Positions 52,165 to 56,151 of a DNA stretch of 56,151 nucleotides are shown here, one piece after another. Every line of letters starts with the position of its first letter. Position 1 is the stretch's first letter. Source of the stretch: Alphaproteobacteria bacterium (GTDB lineage: Bacteria > Pseudomonadota > Alphaproteobacteria > RF32 > CAG-239); assembly GCA_017961285.1 (NCBI GenBank), contig JAGCXO010000005.1:1-56151 (forward strand). Direction: 5' to 3'. Both the position numbers and the translations under genes were made by a program. Below the pieces are notes generated by a model. That model saw only the letters and a list, made by a program, of their open reading frames with translations. It did no database searches and was not told where the DNA came from.

Positions 52165-52887
52165 TTAATGGCTGTGTATTGCATCACTCAAATAAATACA
52201 ACTCAATATTGTATAAATAAAAGCTTGCAATAACGCTATAAACATTTCAAAAACAATAATTCCGGCATCAAACAGCAATGGCACAATTCCTGCCACGCCG
52301 AGTGCCACAATAAACCCCGCTATTATCTTGAGCATAATATGCCCGACCGTCATATTTGCTACCAAACGAATGGTCAAACTGAACGGTTTTGACAACAGCG
52401 ATATTGTTTCAATGGGCATAACCAACGGAGCTAAAACCCAAGGAATTCCTTTAGGCATAATGGTTCTTATATATCCCCACTTTTTCTTCTTTATACCCAC
52501 CACCATATTAAACAGCAAGCCCAAAAGCGACAAAGTTCCAACCGCCGCCACATGCGAAGTAAAAGTAAAGGCATATGGGAATAAACCCAACACATTACCA
52601 AAAGCCACAAACAAAAACAGCGAAAAAATAAAACTGAAATATTTCAAACCTTCCGGCCCGATATTTTCTTTCACCAAAGAATAAATAAAATCATAAACCG
52701 CTTCGGCAAAAGCCTGTGCCTTATTTGGAACAATCGTGCGTTTGCGCAAACAAAACAAAAACAAGCACACACAAAGAACAACCGCAAATGTCATAAACAT
52801 TGACGAGTTTGTATAAGATATATCGTGACCTCCCGCATTTATCGGCACAATGGGTTCGATCTTAAATTGTTCCATAGGGTTTGACAA
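52165..52887 (-). CDS. atpB: F0 ATP synthase subunit a
   Basis: PMEQF, IRLVANMTVGH (essential Arg), LQAFIY. Confidence 0.95.
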   Translation of the reverse strand: MSNPMEQFKIEPIVPINAGGHDISYTNSSMFMTFAVVLCVCLFLFCLRKRTIVPNKAQAFAEAVYDFIYSLVKENIGPEGLKYFSFIFSLFLFVAFGNVLGLFPYAFTFTSHVAAVGTLSLLGLLFNMVVGIKKKKWGYIRTIMPKGIPWVLAPLVMPIETISLLSKPFSLTIRLVANMTVGHIMLKIIAGFIVALGVAGIVPLLFDAGIIVFEMFIALLQAFIYTILSCIYLSDAIHSH

Positions 52888-52901
52888 CGAAACATACTCC
52901 T

Positions 52902-53189
52902 TTATTTTTCCACACTTTTAACCATTCTATACACGTTCAAAAAACCTGCCGCTCCGCCAAAAAGCAAAAAAATCACCAGCAAAATCGGCTTTGTCCCGAA
53001 CAAATCATCCAAAACATAACCAATGCATCCGCCCACCAAAACTCCGGCCAACAAATCGGTAGCAACCCTAACACCCAAACCTGTCGCTGCAACTGCCTTA
53101 TGACCTGCAGATTTCACGGTCTTTTTTTGCTTTGCCATATCTATTTTGCTTTTCAGCTTTTGCAAATCTTCAGGAACATTTTTATCCAA
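52902..53189 (-). CDS. atpI: ATP synthase protein I (AtpZ/AtpI)
   Basis: GVLVGGCIGYVLD..FGTKP...GAAGFLNVYR. Confidence 0.88.
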   Translation of the reverse strand: MDKNVPEDLQKLKSKIDMAKQKKTVKSAGHKAVAATGLGVRVATDLLAGVLVGGCIGYVLDDLFGTKPILLVIFLLFGGAAGFLNVYRMVKSVEK

Positions 53190-53219
53190 ACGATATACTC
53201 CATAAAAGTTACTTAGTTA

Positions 53220-53939
53220 TTAACAGTTAATTCTTTTGTTTAACTTTTCTGTCAGCGCTTTATAATTTGGAACCCCCGTAATAAGTTCATCTCCGTCATT
53301 TGACCTCAACAAAAACGAAGGAGTTGCCTGAATTTGTAATTTTTCCATAGCCTGTTGCCTAACATACATAATTTCCGCCGCAATTTTATCATCTTTCAAA
53401 CAAGCCAAACTCTTTTCCTTTGACAAACCATTAATCTGCGCATAATCAAGCAACAATTTTTCTGTCTTAAACGAAAACCCCCAAGTCATTTGTTTTTTGA
53501 ACAAAAAACTCAAAAAGTCAAAATATTTGTCTTCCGGAAAACAACGTGCCACCATAGCTGCCTGCATAGACTTTTTATCAATCGGAAAATCTGCAAAAAT
53601 CAACTTCACTTTTCCTTGATCAATAAAATCTTTCTTCAACTTAGGCAAAATATCCAAATGAAAATCCGAACAATGCGTGCAGCCTAAAGACGAAAACTCA
53701 TAAATAGTAATCGGCGCATTTTTATCACCCAAAACATATAACGGCTCTATTGAAAACGAAGATGTATCAATCTCCGCCAAAGGTTTTTCTATCCCTTTTG
53801 CTTGCGCATTTTTCACCAAAACAAAAGTTCCGTCCTGCCACACAAAACCTTTTTGCAACAAATAAACAACATCAGCCATTACAAAAATAATTATCGCCGC
53901 CAAAACCTTACTGAAAATTCTTATACTTCTTTCGAACAT
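53220..53939 (-). CDS. DsbA/thioredoxin-fold protein
   Basis: LGDKNAPITIYEFSSLGCTHC, ATPSF. Confidence 0.88.
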   Translation of the reverse strand: MFERSIRIFSKVLAAIIIFVMADVVYLLQKGFVWQDGTFVLVKNAQAKGIEKPLAEIDTSSFSIEPLYVLGDKNAPITIYEFSSLGCTHCSDFHLDILPKLKKDFIDQGKVKLIFADFPIDKKSMQAAMVARCFPEDKYFDFLSFLFKKQMTWGFSFKTEKLLLDYAQINGLSKEKSLACLKDDKIAAEIMYVRQQAMEKLQIQATPSFLLRSNDGDELITGVPNYKALTEKLNKRINC

Positions 53940-53945
53940 CTCATC

Positions 53946-54467
53946 TCACTTATGATTAAAATTAAATACAGCCTTGCCCAATCTGACCAGTTTTTCTTTC
54001 AACTCGTCACTTGCAATACCCTCTGATAGTTGCTCAATATAAATTTGTTCTTCGTCGCTGACAAGATTTTTTTCTTCCGACGGTTGATTATTTTTCATAT
54101 TTTTATCAAAAATACCGTTTCCGTCCTGCATAATCCTAATATCCGCAACAACATTATACCCGAAATATGTGTTAATTTTTTGTATCAAAAAATTTTTTCG
54201 ATGTTGCACTTCCAAAGCAAATGCCCCGTTCGGAACATTCAATTTCAAAACTGCCTGATCGCGATTTTTGCCGACAAACTCCAATTTTTCCGGACGAGTA
54301 TAAGCCGCCATCTGTTCTCCGACAATTTTTTCCCACATCAAGAGCATATCCGCAACAGCCATACCTCTCTTGCCGACAATATTCCTAATCAATGGCAGCA
54401 TACTCATTGACAAAATTTCCATTTTTCCCTTTCTTTGAGGGCTCATAACATCTTTTTTATCATCCAT
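53946..54467 (-). CDS. dciA: DciA (DUF721) family protein
   Basis: WEKIVG, FALEVQH, INTYFGY..V..IRI. Confidence 0.85.
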   Translation of the reverse strand: MDDKKDVMSPQRKGKMEILSMSMLPLIRNIVGKRGMAVADMLLMWEKIVGEQMAAYTRPEKLEFVGKNRDQAVLKLNVPNGAFALEVQHRKNFLIQKINTYFGYNVVADIRIMQDGNGIFDKNMKNNQPSEEKNLVSDEEQIYIEQLSEGIASDELKEKLVRLGKAVFNFNHK

Positions 54468-54595
54468 AAATACACTTATTCCACACTAAGAAAAATTTTA
54501 CAATATTTTTTTCAAAAAAAAACTTGATTATTTGCCAAAAATAGTGTAATGTGTCCTCAAAACTGAATTTTGTCTAACTTTTAAAGGGAATTAAA

Positions 54596-55213
54596 ATGTT
54601 AAAAAATACTACAGTAGCAACCTTATCACTGTTATGCGGTTTATTTATCGCAAACAATGCTGCAGCAGGATGTAATGGACTATACATTGGTGTTCGTGGC
54701 GGTTTGGCAAAACCTACAATCGACGACCAAGCTTCATCCACAAACGATTATGATATTGGTGGAAAAGACTTGATGTTGAGCGGTGCTTTAGGTTATCGTC
54801 ACAACTACTTCCGCGCTGAGGCAGAATATATCTGGCACGACACCAACGAAAAAGAAATCAAACCGGTCTATGACCCTGATTTTGACATCTATGTTGGTGG
54901 CGCAAAGAGTGAATTTGACTATTCATCCTATATGTTCAACGTCTATTTTGACTTGGCACCTTACACATGGTTCACTCCATACGTAAACGCCGGTGTTGGT
55001 ATTACTCATATGGAATATAACTTCACCTACGCAGACGGCAGCTCCTCTTATGAAGAAAACAACTTCACATGGAGCGTCGGCGGCGGTTTGTCAGCCAAAA
55101 TGACCAACAAATTAAACCTTGACGTTGGTTACCGCTACTTTGACTATGGCAAAATTAAAGACGCACAAATCCATAGTCATGAGGTATATGGCGGTTTACG
55201 CTACGTCTTATAA
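54596..55213 (+). CDS. Outer-membrane beta-barrel protein (opacity-like)
   Basis: Signal, FRAEAEY, MFNVYFD, PYVNAGVG, DVGYRY, GLRYVL. Confidence 0.85.
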   Translation: MLKNTTVATLSLLCGLFIANNAAAGCNGLYIGVRGGLAKPTIDDQASSTNDYDIGGKDLMLSGALGYRHNYFRAEAEYIWHDTNEKEIKPVYDPDFDIYVGGAKSEFDYSSYMFNVYFDLAPYTWFTPYVNAGVGITHMEYNFTYADGSSSYEENNFTWSVGGGLSAKMTNKLNLDVGYRYFDYGKIKDAQIHSHEVYGGLRYVL

Positions 55214-55270
55214 GCCTTTTTGCAGTTGTTTTCTCCCTATCTCCTAATTTTATCACAGCTGCAAATTTCG

Positions 55271-55304
55271 AAATGACACCATCTCCCATTGGTGTCATTT
55301 TTTT
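55271..55304. terminator. Bidirectional terminator
   Basis: AAATGACACCA-tctccc-ATTGGTGTCATTT followed by T-run. Confidence 0.75.
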
Positions 55305-55314
55305 TGCATTATAA

Positions 55315-55548
55315 CTAATAAAACTCGATTCTCACTTTCTTGTCATAAAACTTTGCCAACTTAAAAACAAACCCCAAAAGATGAAAATTTCCAAGTTCCA
55401 TAGCTTTCAAACTCACAATACCGATACCGGTTCTTATTGATAACTCGGCAAACGAAAGCTCAGCATTTTCACGCAAAAGCCGCACCTGCCGGCCAAAATC
55501 ATATTTCAATTCTAAATGATTTTTCTTAAAATTTTTTTTATCTTGCAT
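55315..55548 (-). CDS. XRE-family HTH protein
   Basis: FGRQVRLLRE...LS.AELSIRTGI...MELG; ATG at 55548 follows AAGGGAG. Confidence 0.72.
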   Translation of the reverse strand: MQDKKNFKKNHLELKYDFGRQVRLLRENAELSFAELSIRTGIGIVSLKAMELGNFHLLGFVFKLAKFYDKKVRIEFY

Positions 55549-55573
55549 TTTTTGTAACTCCCTTAATTTTGTT

Positions 55574-55730
55574 AAAACAAAACCGCCTTTATAAAAAGGC
55601 GGAGGAGCTGAAAAACTGTCCATAGGCAGTCACCGTTATTCAATATATTACCGGCACTCCTCCAATTTTAGGAGGATTTTATTATATATGGAAGATGTTT
55701 TTCAGACACCACAGCCGACCTCTCGGTTGC
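55574..55730 (-). ncRNA. Candidate C4-antisense-like structured leader RNA
   Basis: GGAGGAG/CTCCTCC closing stem, two inner hairpins, GTTTTTCAG complementary to upstream CTGAAAAAC, terminator hairpin. Confidence 0.5.
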
Positions 55731-55736
55731 ATAAAC

Positions 55737-55765
55737 AAGATATGATAATCTGCAAAATTACGCAA
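55737..55765 (-). promoter_or_regulatory. Putative sigma70 promoter for the leader and HTH gene
   Basis: TTGCGT-17 bp-TATCTT on minus strand. Confidence 0.45.
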
Positions 55766-55821
55766 GAAGATTTTACAACAAAATCATTCCTATTTTTTCG
55801 CTCTTCTAAAATAACATAATA

Positions 55822-55864
55822 GTCATCCCTATTTTTTGCCTTTGGGAAAAAATTCAAGGGACCT
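55822..55864. repeat. Third copy of the REP-like element
   Basis: GTCATCCCTATTTTTTGCC.TTGGGAAAAAATTCAAGGGACC, near-identical to 42193-42234. Confidence 0.8.
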
Positions 55865-55932
55865 TTGAATTATCGAGCAAAAAAAGACCCCGACAAAATC
55901 GAGGACTTTTCTGCTCATTCATTCAAGCGTTA

Positions 55933-56151
<219 letters not shown>

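Overview
AT-rich bacterial chromosome window, almost certainly from a reduced-genome alphaproteobacterium. The evidence is the gene order: ptsP-rodZ-hisS-prfA, rplU-rpmA-obgE-rsfS-rlmH, pal-cpoB-tilS-ftsH-glmM, dciA-dsbA-atpIBEF'F, plus ppdK and the 3' end of rpoC. It holds about 58 CDS and 2 tRNAs (Val-TAC, Thr-CGT); no CRISPR, integrase or transposase is visible. The most notable non-routine items are: (1) a tandem array of 127-128 bp palindromes fused to the ppdK stop codon, whose arm mismatches are mostly G-U-compatible on one strand; (2) a C4-antisense-like structured leader with competing helices and a terminator ahead of a lone XRE/HTH gene; (3) two tandem secreted ankyrin proteins, the longer split by an A9 tract; (4) modular GTCATCCC-type REP elements with an exchangeable inner hairpin; (5) intact but apparently inactive enzymes (an Asd/USG-like protein and a half DEAD-box helicase); (6) a MurD2-like ligase; and (7) an atypical ATP synthase c subunit. 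All calls come from motif recognition by eye; no database search was run.
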